64,000 nt of DNA from an uncultured delta proteobacterium (lineage in GTDB: Bacteria; Desulfobacterota; Binatia; DP-6). Within the stretch, counting starts at the first letter, position 1. Every line of letters begins with the position of its first letter. Below the pieces are notes generated by a model. It did not search any database, was not told the DNA's origin, and saw nothing but the letters and a program-made list of their open reading frames with translations. Made by a program: the position numbers and the translations under genes. Shown piece by piece: positions 46,724-56,181 of this stretch. Location: NCBI GenBank assembly GCA_963815115.1, contig CAWFFN010000009.1:128001-192000 (forward strand), in the 5' to 3' direction.

Positions 46724-48364
46724 ATGCGAGCGGGTCTGTTGGGGCTTTTCGGGCGGCCGGAGGTCGTGCTCGCGGCGGGAGCCCACGACGCGCTGTCGGC
46801 CAAGCTCGCCGAGGAAGCCGGCTTCGACGCTGTCTGGGCGAGCGGATTCGGCATCTCCGCCGTCCAGGCGCTCCCCGATGCCAACATCTTGACCCTCACG
46901 GAGACGCTGGAGGCGGTCCGGCGCATCTGCGACGCGGTGTCGGTGCCGGTCATCGCGGACTGCGACAACGGGTACGGCAACGCCATCAACGTGATGCGCA
47001 CGGCGAGCGAGTTCGAGCGCGCCGGCGCGGCCGGCATCTGCATCGAGGACAACGAGTTCCCCAAGCGCTGCAGCTTCTACGCCGGCGTGCGCCGCGACCT
47101 CGTGCCGGCCGAGGAGCACGCGCGCAAGGTCGAGGCCGCCTGCTCGGCCCGACACCGGCCGGACTTCGCCGTCATCGCCCGCACCGAAGCCCTGATCGCC
47201 GGCCTCGGTCTCGAGGAGGCGCTGCGCCGCGCGCGCGCCTATGCGGAGGCCGGCGCCGACGCCGTCCTCGTGCACTCGAAGGAGGCCGACTTCGGCGAGC
47301 TCCGCCGCTTCGGCGAGCTGTGGACGCTCGGCGTCCCGCTCGTGGCCGTGCCGACCACCTATCCGGGCGTCGGAACCGACGAGCTCGCGGCGGCGGGCTT
47401 TCGCATGGCCATCTTCGCCAACCAGGCGCTGCGGGCCGCGATCGTCGCCATGCGCGACGTGTTGCGCACGCTGCGCGCGACGGGTCGGGCGGCCAGCATC
47501 GACGACCGCATCGTGCCGCTGGACGAGGTCTACCGCCTGGTGGGCGTGCCGGAGCTCAAGGCGAACGAGCAGCGGTTCCTGTTTGCCGGCGCAGAGGCCC
47601 CGCGCGCCATCATCCTCGCCGCCGGGTTCGAGCCCCAGCTTCTCCCGCTCACCCAGGACCGCCCGAAGACGATGCTCGACGTGAAGGGGAAGACGATCCT
47701 GGAGCGGCAGGTCGAGGCGCTCGGGCGGGTCGGCATCCGCGACGTGGTGGTGGTGCGCGGCTACAAGAAGGAGCAGGTCGCGGCGCCCGGGGTACGCTTC
47801 GTCGACAACGATCGCTACGCCGAGACCGGAGAGCTGCACTCCCTGCTGAGCGCGGGGAGCGACCTGGAAGGCCCCTGCGTCGTCCTCTACGGCGACATCA
47901 TCTTCGAGCCTCCGGTGCTGGAGAAGCTGGTACGCACGCGGGCCGACCTTGCCGTCGTGGTCGACCGGGCGTTCGTCGACACCCTGCATGCGGGCCTCCC
48001 GCTTCCGCCGGGGCCGCTCGACCTGGTGGTCACCGAGACGCCGCCCAACGGCCGCCGCTTCGTGGCGCCCGAGGGCGGCAGCCGCGTGCTGCGCATCGGA
48101 CCCGAGGTCACCCCCGAGGAGGCGCACGGCGAGTTCATCGGGCTCGCCATGCTGTCGGCCGCGGGCGTGCGGCTGCTGCGCGAGGTCCACGCCGAGCTCG
48201 CGTCGAGCCGCGCCGAAGGTCTGGATCGGAGCAGCATCACCCACATCCTGCAGGCGCTCATCGATCGCGGCCACCCGGTCGTGGCGGTCGACATTCACAA
48301 GGGATGGATGGAGATCGACAGCTTCGAGGACTACCGGCGGGCATGGGCCGAGGTGACGCGCTGA
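46724..48364 (+). CDS. Phosphoenolpyruvate mutase-like enzyme fused to a nucleotidyltransferase domain
   Basis: GAHDALSAKL, WASGFGISA, DCDNGYG, EDNEFPKRCS, ARTEALIAG and IFANQ; C-domain IILAAG...PKTML...YGDI...WMEID. Confidence 0.82.
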   Translation: MRAGLLGLFGRPEVVLAAGAHDALSAKLAEEAGFDAVWASGFGISAVQALPDANILTLTETLEAVRRICDAVSVPVIADCDNGYGNAINVMRTASEFERAGAAGICIEDNEFPKRCSFYAGVRRDLVPAEEHARKVEAACSARHRPDFAVIARTEALIAGLGLEEALRRARAYAEAGADAVLVHSKEADFGELRRFGELWTLGVPLVAVPTTYPGVGTDELAAAGFRMAIFANQALRAAIVAMRDVLRTLRATGRAASIDDRIVPLDEVYRLVGVPELKANEQRFLFAGAEAPRAIILAAGFEPQLLPLTQDRPKTMLDVKGKTILERQVEALGRVGIRDVVVVRGYKKEQVAAPGVRFVDNDRYAETGELHSLLSAGSDLEGPCVVLYGDIIFEPPVLEKLVRTRADLAVVVDRAFVDTLHAGLPLPPGPLDLVVTETPPNGRRFVAPEGGSRVLRIGPEVTPEEAHGEFIGLAMLSAAGVRLLREVHAELASSRAEGLDRSSITHILQALIDRGHPVVAVDIHKGWMEIDSFEDYRRAWAEVTR

Positions 48365-48864
48365 GCGCGCCGCTGCCCGCGGTCCCCTTCGTCGATCGTC
48401 TCTTTGCCGCCGGCTTCGACTTCTTCACCGGTGTGCCCTGCTCCCTCGTCGCGCCCGTGATCGCCGAGCTCGAACGGCGCGGGAGCTACCTGGGCGACAC
48501 GCGCGAGGACGCGGCGCTCGGCGTCGCCGCCGGCGCGTACCTCGCCGGCCGGCTTCCCGTGGTGATCATGCAGAACTCGGGTCTCGGGGTGTCGCTCAAC
48601 GCACTCGGGTCGCTGCATCTGCTCTACGAGCTCCCGGTGCTGCTGCTCGTCACCTGGCGGGGCTTCGAGGGCCGGGACGCTCCCGAGCACCTGGTCATGG
48701 GCGGGGTGCTGACCGGCGTGCTCGATCTCTTCGAGATCCCCCATCGCGCTCCGGATGCGTCCACGCTGCTCGCCGACGTCGACTGGGCGGCGGCCACGCT
48801 CCGGGCGACCCGCAAGCCCGCGGCGCTCATCGTGAAGCCGGGGCTCTTCGCCGAGCACCACTGA
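48343..48864 (+). CDS. Phosphonopyruvate/sulfopyruvate decarboxylase, alpha (N-terminal TPP) subunit
   Basis: FFTGVPCSL, REDAALG, MQNSGLG and WRG...APEH; start uncertain. Confidence 0.85.
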   Translation: MGRGDALSAPLPAVPFVDRLFAAGFDFFTGVPCSLVAPVIAELERRGSYLGDTREDAALGVAAGAYLAGRLPVVIMQNSGLGVSLNALGSLHLLYELPVLLLVTWRGFEGRDAPEHLVMGGVLTGVLDLFEIPHRAPDASTLLADVDWAAATLRATRKPAALIVKPGLFAEHH

Positions 48865-48865
48865 C

Positions 48866-49432
48866 ATGACGCTGCGCGACGCTCTCGACCGCATCGCCCC
48901 CCGCCTGCGCGGTGAGGTCTGCGTGCACGCGAACGGACATCTCTCACGCGCGGCGTTCGGCGTGCGCGACGCCGACACCAGCTTCTACATGATCGGGTCG
49001 ATGGGGCTCGCCTCGTCGATCGGGCTCGGCATCGCGCTCTGCCGGCCGGACCGCCGCGTGATCGTCTTCGACGGCGACGGGAACGTCCTCATGAACCTCG
49101 GCACCCTGGCGACGATTGCCGTCGCGGCGCCACGGAACCTCCTCCATCTCTGCTTCGACAACTCCGCGCACGCCTCGACCGGAGGCCAGCCGACCATCTC
49201 GAATCGGGTCGCGCTGGACGCGCTGGCGCGCGCCGCCGGCTATCGCTGGACGGGCCGCGTGGAGTCGCCCGAAGCGCTCGAGGCGGTGCTGCCCGAGTTC
49301 CTTGGCCGATCCGGACCGGCTTTCCTCCTGGTACGCATCGTCCTCGGTCCGCCGGGAGCGCCGGGTCCGCGCATTCCCTGGACGCCAGTGGAGATGACGG
49401 CCCGGCTGCGTCGCGCGCTCGGGTCCGCGTGA
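48866..49432 (+). CDS. Phosphonopyruvate/sulfopyruvate decarboxylase, beta (TPP-binding) subunit
   Basis: FYMIGSMG, DGDGNVLM and DNSAHASTGGQPT. Confidence 0.87.
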   Translation: MTLRDALDRIAPRLRGEVCVHANGHLSRAAFGVRDADTSFYMIGSMGLASSIGLGIALCRPDRRVIVFDGDGNVLMNLGTLATIAVAAPRNLLHLCFDNSAHASTGGQPTISNRVALDALARAAGYRWTGRVESPEALEAVLPEFLGRSGPAFLLVRIVLGPPGAPGPRIPWTPVEMTARLRRALGSA

Positions 49433-49441
49433 GCCGGAAGC

Positions 49442-50743
49442 GTGGTCGAGGCGCTGCGGTCGAACGAACGGACGCGACCACTCGACCTCGAGGCGTGCCT
49501 GCGAGCGACCGCCGCGGGTGCCCTCGCCGGTCTGGTGGGCGGGAGCTATCGTTCCATTCTCGACGGCGTCGATCCGTGGCGACAGGACCTGATCGCTCGA
49601 CTCGGCGGCACGGTCTTCGGATGGCTGGCGCTGGCCGCCGTCTTCGCGCTCGGCGCGGGACTGGCCGCCTGGCTCACGGTGCGCTTCGTGCCCGAGGCCG
49701 CAGGCAGCGGCATCCCACACGTCGAGGAGACGCTGGTGCGGGGTGGACGGCTGCGCTGGAAGCGGCTGCTCCCGATCAAGTTCGTCGCCGGCGCCCTGGC
49801 GCTCGGAGCCGGACTGTCGCTCGGACGCGAAGGCCCCACCGTCCACCTCGGCGCGGCACTGGCCTCGGCGCTGGAGGGCCGGCTCGGAACGACTGCCCGT
49901 CGCGCGCTGCTGGCCGCGGGGGCTGCCGCGGGTTTGACGGCTGCCTTCAGCGCGCCGATCGCCGGTGCGGTCTTCGTGCTCGAGGAGCTTCGCGTCGCCC
50001 CGAACCTGCTCATGATTTCGACCGGTCTGCCGGCGGTGCTCGCGTCGTACCTCGTGACCACGGCGATGCTCGGGTCGCAGCCGATGTTCGCCCTCCCGCC
50101 GGTAGGGGCCCCGTCCCCCTGGGTGCTGCCGCTGTTCGCTGCGCTCGGGATCGGCGCCGGCATCCTGGGCGTGGTCTTCAATCGCGGCCTGCTCGGCGCC
50201 CTGGCGGCGTTCGGGTCGATGCGCCGCGTGCCACGGCCGCTCCGTGCCGCCGCCGTCGGCGTCTTGGCGGCGCTCGTCGCCTGCTGGGTGCCGGCCGCGA
50301 TCGGCAGCGGTGAGCCGACCGCCCAGATCTTGATCCAGGGTCCTCCTTCGCCGCTGGCGAGCCTCGTGCTCCTGCTCGCGGTCAAGCTCGTCCTCACCCT
50401 GGCGAGCTACGGCTGCGGCGTGCCGGGCGGCATCTTCGCCCCGCAGCTCGTTCTCGGAGCGACGCTCGGCGCCATCGTGCATGCGCTGGCCCCCGGCCTG
50501 GGCGGCGGCGCGCTCGGTCCCGTGCTCGCGACGGCCGGAATGGTCGGCGTCTTCAGCGCCTCGGTGCGCGCGCCCCTCACCGGGCTCGTGCTCGTGGTCG
50601 AGCTGACGCACCGGGGCCAGCTGCTGCTGCCGCAGGCGATCACGGCGATCGTCGCCTATCTCCTCGCGGCCGGCCTGCGCGACCGCCCGATCTACGAAGC
50701 GCTGCGCGAGCGGGACGCCGGGCGCGCGAGCGCGGCCATTTGA
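49442..50743 (+). CDS. ClC family H+/Cl- exchange transporter
   Basis: GSGIP, GREGP, FVLEE, GIFAP and PIY signatures. Confidence 0.92.
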   Translation: MVEALRSNERTRPLDLEACLRATAAGALAGLVGGSYRSILDGVDPWRQDLIARLGGTVFGWLALAAVFALGAGLAAWLTVRFVPEAAGSGIPHVEETLVRGGRLRWKRLLPIKFVAGALALGAGLSLGREGPTVHLGAALASALEGRLGTTARRALLAAGAAAGLTAAFSAPIAGAVFVLEELRVAPNLLMISTGLPAVLASYLVTTAMLGSQPMFALPPVGAPSPWVLPLFAALGIGAGILGVVFNRGLLGALAAFGSMRRVPRPLRAAAVGVLAALVACWVPAAIGSGEPTAQILIQGPPSPLASLVLLLAVKLVLTLASYGCGVPGGIFAPQLVLGATLGAIVHALAPGLGGGALGPVLATAGMVGVFSASVRAPLTGLVLVVELTHRGQLLLPQAITAIVAYLLAAGLRDRPIYEALRERDAGRASAAI

Positions 50744-50788
50744 CGGCACCAGCCGGATCGGAGACAAGGCTGCGCCGGAGGACCCGCC

Positions 50789-51349
50789 GTGAAGCCCGAC
50801 GAGTGCATCCTCTTCAGCGGCGCCGCCCAAGGCGCCGAGGCCGCCTTCGGCGAGTGCGCAGAGCGCTATGGAATCGAGGAGGTGAACTTCACCTTCGAGG
50901 CGCACAGCGACGCTCGCACGCGTGGCATCCGCGTGCTCACCAGCGCGGAGCTCAAGCACGGCGACGTCAGCCTCGCCTACGTGAGCCGCCTGATGAACCG
51001 GCGCTATCCCGACACGCCGCTCTTCCGGAAAGTGCTGCAGAGCATCTGGCACCAGGTGAACAACGGTCAGGACATCTTCCTGGTCGGGAAGATCCAGCCC
51101 GACGGTACGGTCGTGGGTGGCACCGGCGTGAGCGCGGAGTACGCCAAGTTCTTCAACAAGCGCCTCCACGTCTTCGACCAGGATCGCGACGCCTGGTCAC
51201 GCTGGAGCGGCGACGTCTGGGAATCCGCCGCAGAGCCCGTGATCACGCACCCGTTCTTCACCGGCACGGGGACGCGGTTCCTGCGCGACAACGGGCGTGG
51301 CGCGATCGACGGCCTCTTCGCGCGCACGTTCGGCGCGCCGAAGCGCTAG
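50789..51349 (+). CDS. Hypothetical protein, possible SLOG-superfamily Rossmann fold
   Basis: LFSGAAQGAE, GGTG and FTGTGTR; GGAGG RBS. Confidence 0.65.
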   Translation: MKPDECILFSGAAQGAEAAFGECAERYGIEEVNFTFEAHSDARTRGIRVLTSAELKHGDVSLAYVSRLMNRRYPDTPLFRKVLQSIWHQVNNGQDIFLVGKIQPDGTVVGGTGVSAEYAKFFNKRLHVFDQDRDAWSRWSGDVWESAAEPVITHPFFTGTGTRFLRDNGRGAIDGLFARTFGAPKR

Positions 51350-51645
51350 ACGCCCCGGGGCGTCGTGCACCACGCTGCGCCGGACCGGCCGACGTAGCCC
51401 CCAGACCCGGACCTCCACCTCTCTTCGCCTTCCGACAGGGCGGCGTCACAGCCTCCGACGCGCATCGGGCCGCGCCGCACGGGGTGCCGGACGACCCGGA
51501 CCCGCGGTGCTCGCGGGGGCGAACTAGGCTGCGAACGCGTTCATCCTGGACGAAGGGGTTGACACGGAGGGTCGAAGGATGGGCGCAAACCCGGCGACGA
51601 GGTACACGGTTCGAGGGCATGACGGGGCTCCGCGGTTCATCCGGG

Positions 51646-52863
51646 ATGAAAACTGCAGTCGAGATGCGTCCCGCCCGCGTCGGGCCGGCCGCCGATCAGT
51701 CCGGTCGAGGTGCTCTCCCCGCGGGTCAGCGGCCCGGACGCAGATACTTCCCGGAGCTCGAGTCGCTGCGCGGGATGGCCGTGTCGCAGGTCTTCGCCAT
51801 GCACGCGGTCGGATGGGTATTCGGGGGTCTGGCCGGCACGAGCGCGCTGTTCCCGGCACTCGTGAAGAGCGATCGGCTCGGGGTCGACCTCTTCTTCGTG
51901 CTGAGTGCGTTCCTCCTCTCCCTGCCCTTCCTGGAAGACGCCGCCGGCGGCCCTCGCGTCCGCGTGCGAGGGTACTTCGGACGCCGCGCGTTGCGGATAC
52001 TACCCGCCTACTATGTCGCGACGGTCATCGGCACCGTCCTGTTGGCGAAGCAGCCCCGCGATCTGCTCCGAGGGCTTCCCTACCTGGTCTTTTTGAACCC
52101 GTTCGCCACCCCGCTCCGGCCGTACAGCGACGTGTGGTGGAGTCTCGCGACCGAGGTCCAGTTCTACGCCGTGCTCCCGCTCCTTGCTGTGCTCGGCCGC
52201 TCGACCGCCGGGCGCCGGCTCGGGGTCGCGGCCCTGCTCGTCTGGATGGCCAGCTATCTCGCCTTCCTGAGCGGTGTGCTCGTCCCTCGCAGCGCCGCAG
52301 GCCTCTTGACCTTCGAAGCATCCCTCTTCGGCCGCGCGCCGCTCTTCCTTGCCGGCATCGCCGCCGCAGCAGTGTACCGGGCGCACGGCGCGAGCATCCG
52401 CGAGCGGCTCGAGCGCGCTCGTTTCATGCGCAAGGGCGGGAGCGACCTCCTTCTCGTGCTGGTGATCCTGGGAATCGCAGCCTTCTCCCGCTGGCAGGAG
52501 ACGCTCGGCCCCGCACTTCTTCTGTCGCCCCGCTACCAGTACCGCGACCTCGTGACCGCGGCCCTGGTCGTCGCGCTGCTCTTGCTTCTCGTGCTCGCGC
52601 CGCTGCGGTCGAAGGCGCTGTTCGTCAACCCGATCTTCGGGGGACTCGGTATCATCTCGTATTCCGTCTACCTGATACACCTCCCACTCATGATCTTCCT
52701 GATCGGCTATCGCCCCTTCGCGAGCATCATCAGGAACGTTCCGGATGTTCGCCTCCAGCCGTTCGTGGTGTTCATCGCGATCGCCACCGCGTGCGTCGCC
52801 GTCTCGACCCTGACCTATTGGGTCATCGAGCGGCCCTTTCTGCTGCGGAAGAGCAGGCTCTGA
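51646..52863 (+). CDS. Acyltransferase family 3 (OafA-like membrane O-acyltransferase)
   Basis: LESLRG, GVDLFFVLS, RRALRILPAY, WSLATEVQFY, SYSVYLIH and IERPF; start uncertain (51619-51664). Confidence 0.88.
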   Translation: MKTAVEMRPARVGPAADQSGRGALPAGQRPGRRYFPELESLRGMAVSQVFAMHAVGWVFGGLAGTSALFPALVKSDRLGVDLFFVLSAFLLSLPFLEDAAGGPRVRVRGYFGRRALRILPAYYVATVIGTVLLAKQPRDLLRGLPYLVFLNPFATPLRPYSDVWWSLATEVQFYAVLPLLAVLGRSTAGRRLGVAALLVWMASYLAFLSGVLVPRSAAGLLTFEASLFGRAPLFLAGIAAAAVYRAHGASIRERLERARFMRKGGSDLLLVLVILGIAAFSRWQETLGPALLLSPRYQYRDLVTAALVVALLLLLVLAPLRSKALFVNPIFGGLGIISYSVYLIHLPLMIFLIGYRPFASIIRNVPDVRLQPFVVFIAIATACVAVSTLTYWVIERPFLLRKSRL

Positions 52864-52990
52864 CCCCGCCGCCCGGGATGGTCTGAGGGTCCATCCGGAT
52901 CATCACCACGACAGCATGCGGCTCACTCGCGGTGATTTCGCGAACGGACCGCCGTGCTACAAGACGAACGGGAGAACGGTCCAGGCCACC

Positions 52991-53530
52991 ATGAGCGTTC
53001 AGCCGTACAGGATCGACATACCGGAATCCGTTCTCGATGACTTGCAGGGCAGGCTCGCGAGAGTTCGCCTCGCAAAGGGGATTGACGGCGGCGGCTGGGA
53101 CTACGGAACGAGCCCGTCATACCTCCGGGAGCTGTGCGACTATTGGCAACGGGACTTCGACTGGAGGAAACAGGAACGCTTCCTGAACAGCTTCCGCCAC
53201 TTCCGCGCTGACGTCGATGGTGTTGGACTTCATTTCATCCACGAGAAAGGCAAGGGTGAGCATCCCATCCCCTCTTGCTGGTGCATGGTTGGCCCGACTC
53301 CTTCGCGCGTTTTCTGAAGGTCATCCCCATGCTGACGGACCCGGTGGCGCAATGCGGACTTGCAGCCGTCATTCGACGTCGTCGTGCCGAGCCTACCGGG
53401 CTTCGGCTTTTCGGATCGACCGCACGAGGCCGGTCTGACCTTCAGCTTCGGTGATCTCCTCCACGGACTCATGGTCGACCTGGGCTATCAGCGCTTTGCC
53501 GTCCAGGGTGGCGACTGGGGCGGCACGGTG
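52991..53530 (+). pseudogene. Truncated, frameshifted epoxide hydrolase (EHN + alpha/beta hydrolase N-half)
   Basis: PYRIDIP..LDDLQGRL, YWQRDFDWRKQE, HGWP, VVPSLPGFGFS and QGGDWG, after which homology ends. Confidence 0.8.
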
Positions 53531-53669
53531 TGGCGGACATTTCGCGGCCCTGGAGGAACCCGGGCTCTTCGTCGAGGAGCTTCGTGCGACGTTTCGCCCG
53601 CTGTGGTCGGAGGCCGGCGAGCAAGCCTAGCGCGAGAGGGTGACGGCGGTCCCACCGGCACCCACGCCC

Positions 53670-54341
53670 TCAGCCGGCTTCGCCAGTCGGGTGGACAGGG
53701 TACGGCCAGGCAGTCGCTGGGGGCGCCAGCCCGGGTGCAAGCTCCGGCGCGGGTTCGGGCGCGCCGGGTGCGAGCCGCAGCGGCATCACTCCCGCCCAGA
53801 CCGGCCACGTCATGTCCTCCTCGTCGTCGATCGGCCCGCCGGTCCGTACCTTCGCGACCGCCTCACGGAGCGGCAGCTCCAGCACCAGCGTCGCCTTGAG
53901 CTCCTGCTCGTTCGGCGACCGCACGCTGGCCCATCGCCCCGGATACAGGCGCTCGGTGAAGGCCTCGAGTGCCGTGAGCTTGCGGTCCCGCTCCGTGATC
54001 TCGGTCGCGCGGCCAAACAGCACCACCGAGCGGTAGTTGATCGAATGGTGGAACGCTGACCGCGCCAGCACCAGGCCGTCGATCAGCGCGACGCTGATGC
54101 AGAGTTCGGCGCCGCCCGTCGCTGCCAGGAGGGTGCGGCTCTTGCTCGAGCCGTGGAACACGACGGCATCGCCCACACGCGCATAGGCGGTGGGAATGAC
54201 GATGGGCCGGCCGCTCTCGACGAAGCCCACGTGGCAGACGAGCCCGGCGTCGAGGATGGCGTGGACGGTCTCGGCATCGTACGAGGCGCGCGCCGGCAGG
54301 CGGCGAACTCGCGTGCGGTCGGTCTGGGCGAAGGCGCTCAT
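53670..54341 (-). CDS. Pyridoxamine 5'-phosphate oxidase-like flavin-binding protein (NimA-like)
   Basis: ILDAGLVCHVGF, HGS, DGLVLARSAFHHSINYRS and KVRTGGP. Confidence 0.9.
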   Translation of the reverse strand: MSAFAQTDRTRVRRLPARASYDAETVHAILDAGLVCHVGFVESGRPIVIPTAYARVGDAVVFHGSSKSRTLLAATGGAELCISVALIDGLVLARSAFHHSINYRSVVLFGRATEITERDRKLTALEAFTERLYPGRWASVRSPNEQELKATLVLELPLREAVAKVRTGGPIDDEEDMTWPVWAGVMPLRLAPGAPEPAPELAPGLAPPATAWPYPVHPTGEAG

Positions 54342-54361
54342 GCATGCGAGAGTCACACATC

Positions 54362-54408
54362 ATTGGACCCATGAACAGGGCCATTATTGAACAATTCATG
54401 GAGCCAAT
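54362..54408. promoter_or_regulatory. Imperfect inverted repeat in the divergent promoter, probable MocR-family operator
   Basis: ATTGGACCCATGAA-N19-TTCATGGAGCCAAT (12/14 match), AT-rich. Confidence 0.6.
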
Positions 54409-54510
54409 TTCTGAGCCGGAACGCGCCGGGACACCCCCGGATGCGCAGCGAGAGGGGCACAGCTCCTCGCGACATTGCATCGCGCGGGCCTTGCGCCCTA
54501 AGCAGCGGGC

Positions 54511-56013
54511 ATGCCTCGCCCGAGCGCAGTTCTCGGCACGCTCTCCCTCGAGCGCACCGGCGCCGTCGCGCTCCAGCGCCAGCTCTACGGTGCGCTGCGC
54601 GAGGCGATCCTCACGGGCCGCCTCCCGCCGGGCACCCGCCTGCCCTCGAGCCGCACCCTCGCCGGCGATCTGGGCGCTGCCCGCAACACCGTCGTCGGAG
54701 CCTTCGAGCAACTCGCGGCCGAGGGCTACGTCGAGGCGCGGGTCGGCGACGGTACCCGGGTGGCGGCGGTGTTGCCGGAGACCCTCCTGCACGCCGGCCG
54801 GGCGCACGTCCCGCAGGCCGCCCGCCCGAGCGCCCCGGACCTGTCGCGGCGCGGGCGGGCGATCGTCGCTGCGCGCCGCCCGCTGCCGGACGCGAGCCGG
54901 CGCGCATTCCAGCCGGGACTTCCCGCGCTCGAGGAGTTCCCGAGCGAAACGTGGGCGCGCCTGGTCGCCCGTCGCTCCCGGGCACCGGTCCGGGGCAGCC
55001 TGGGCTACGGTCATCCCGCAGGCCTGCCCCTGCTGCGGCAGGCGATCGCCGCCTACGCCGGCGGCGCACGCGGCGTGATCTGCGATGCGGAGCAGGTGAT
55101 CGTCGTCGCGGGCGCCCAGGCGGGGCTCGATCTCGCGTGCCGCCTCCTCCTCGACGCCGGCGACGCCGCGTGGATGGAGGAGCCCGGCTACCTCGGCGCG
55201 CGCGGGGCGCTCCTGGGAGCGGGAGCGCAACCGGTCCCCGTCGCGGTCGACGCCGAGGGCATCGACGTGGAGGCGGGACGGCGCGCGGGCCGCCCGGCAC
55301 GTCTCGTCTACGTGACACCGTCCCATCAGTTCCCGCTCGGCGTGACCATGACCCTCGCCCGCCGGCTCGCACTGCTGGCCTGGGCGGCGGAGGCGGGCGC
55401 GTGGGTTCTCGAGGACGACTACGACAGCGAGTATCGCTACGCCGGCCGGCCGATCGCCGCCATGCAGGGACTCGATCCCGCCGGACGCGTCGTGTACGCG
55501 GGCACGTTCAGCAAGACCATGTTCCCGGCGCTGCGTGCGGGCTACCTGATCGTTCCGCCTGCGCTGGTCGACGCCTTCGGCGCGGCGGTGCGCGTGACCG
55601 GCCACCAGGTGCCGGCAGCGGAGCAGGCGGCGCTCGCCGACTTCATCACCGAGGGGCATTTCGCGTCCCACGTGCGGCGCATGCGCGCTCTGTACGCTGC
55701 ACGGCGCGAGCACCTGGTGGCAGCGTTGCAGCGGAGGTTGCCGGCGCTCCTCGAGGTCGTCCCCTCGGAGGGCGGCATGCAGCTGGCGGCGACCCTGGCG
55801 CCCGGCGTGGACGACGTGGCCGCCTCGCGGGCGGCGGATGCGGCCGGCATCGTCGCGCCCCCGCTCTCGATGTATCACCTCGGCCCACGTCGGCTCCGCG
55901 GGCTGCATCTGGGCTATGCGAGCGTGCGCGAGCGCGAGGTCACTTCGGCGGTGGAGCGCCTCGCGCGCGCGCTCGAGTCGGTCGCCCCGAGGCGCAGCCG
56001 GCGCGTTCCGTGA
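54511..56013 (+). CDS. GntR/MocR (PdxR-like) regulator with PLP aminotransferase domain
   Basis: RLPSSRTLA HTH; EEPGY, VTPSHQFPLG, EDDYDSE and TFSK. Confidence 0.93.
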   Translation: MPRPSAVLGTLSLERTGAVALQRQLYGALREAILTGRLPPGTRLPSSRTLAGDLGAARNTVVGAFEQLAAEGYVEARVGDGTRVAAVLPETLLHAGRAHVPQAARPSAPDLSRRGRAIVAARRPLPDASRRAFQPGLPALEEFPSETWARLVARRSRAPVRGSLGYGHPAGLPLLRQAIAAYAGGARGVICDAEQVIVVAGAQAGLDLACRLLLDAGDAAWMEEPGYLGARGALLGAGAQPVPVAVDAEGIDVEAGRRAGRPARLVYVTPSHQFPLGVTMTLARRLALLAWAAEAGAWVLEDDYDSEYRYAGRPIAAMQGLDPAGRVVYAGTFSKTMFPALRAGYLIVPPALVDAFGAAVRVTGHQVPAAEQAALADFITEGHFASHVRRMRALYAARREHLVAALQRRLPALLEVVPSEGGMQLAATLAPGVDDVAASRAADAAGIVAPPLSMYHLGPRRLRGLHLGYASVREREVTSAVERLARALESVAPRRSRRVP

Positions 56014-56181
56014 GCAGGGCAAGCCGATACGCCGTGCCCGTTGCCGCGCCGAGCCTGGTGGCTCCGGCAGTTCCCGGACGCGGGGATCGGCTGGCCACCC
56101 TGCCCGTTCCTCACGGGCGCCACCGGTGATGAGCGGTGGCGTGCCGTCGCGGCGGGTGCTACCCCCGCGATGCTTGATCGC

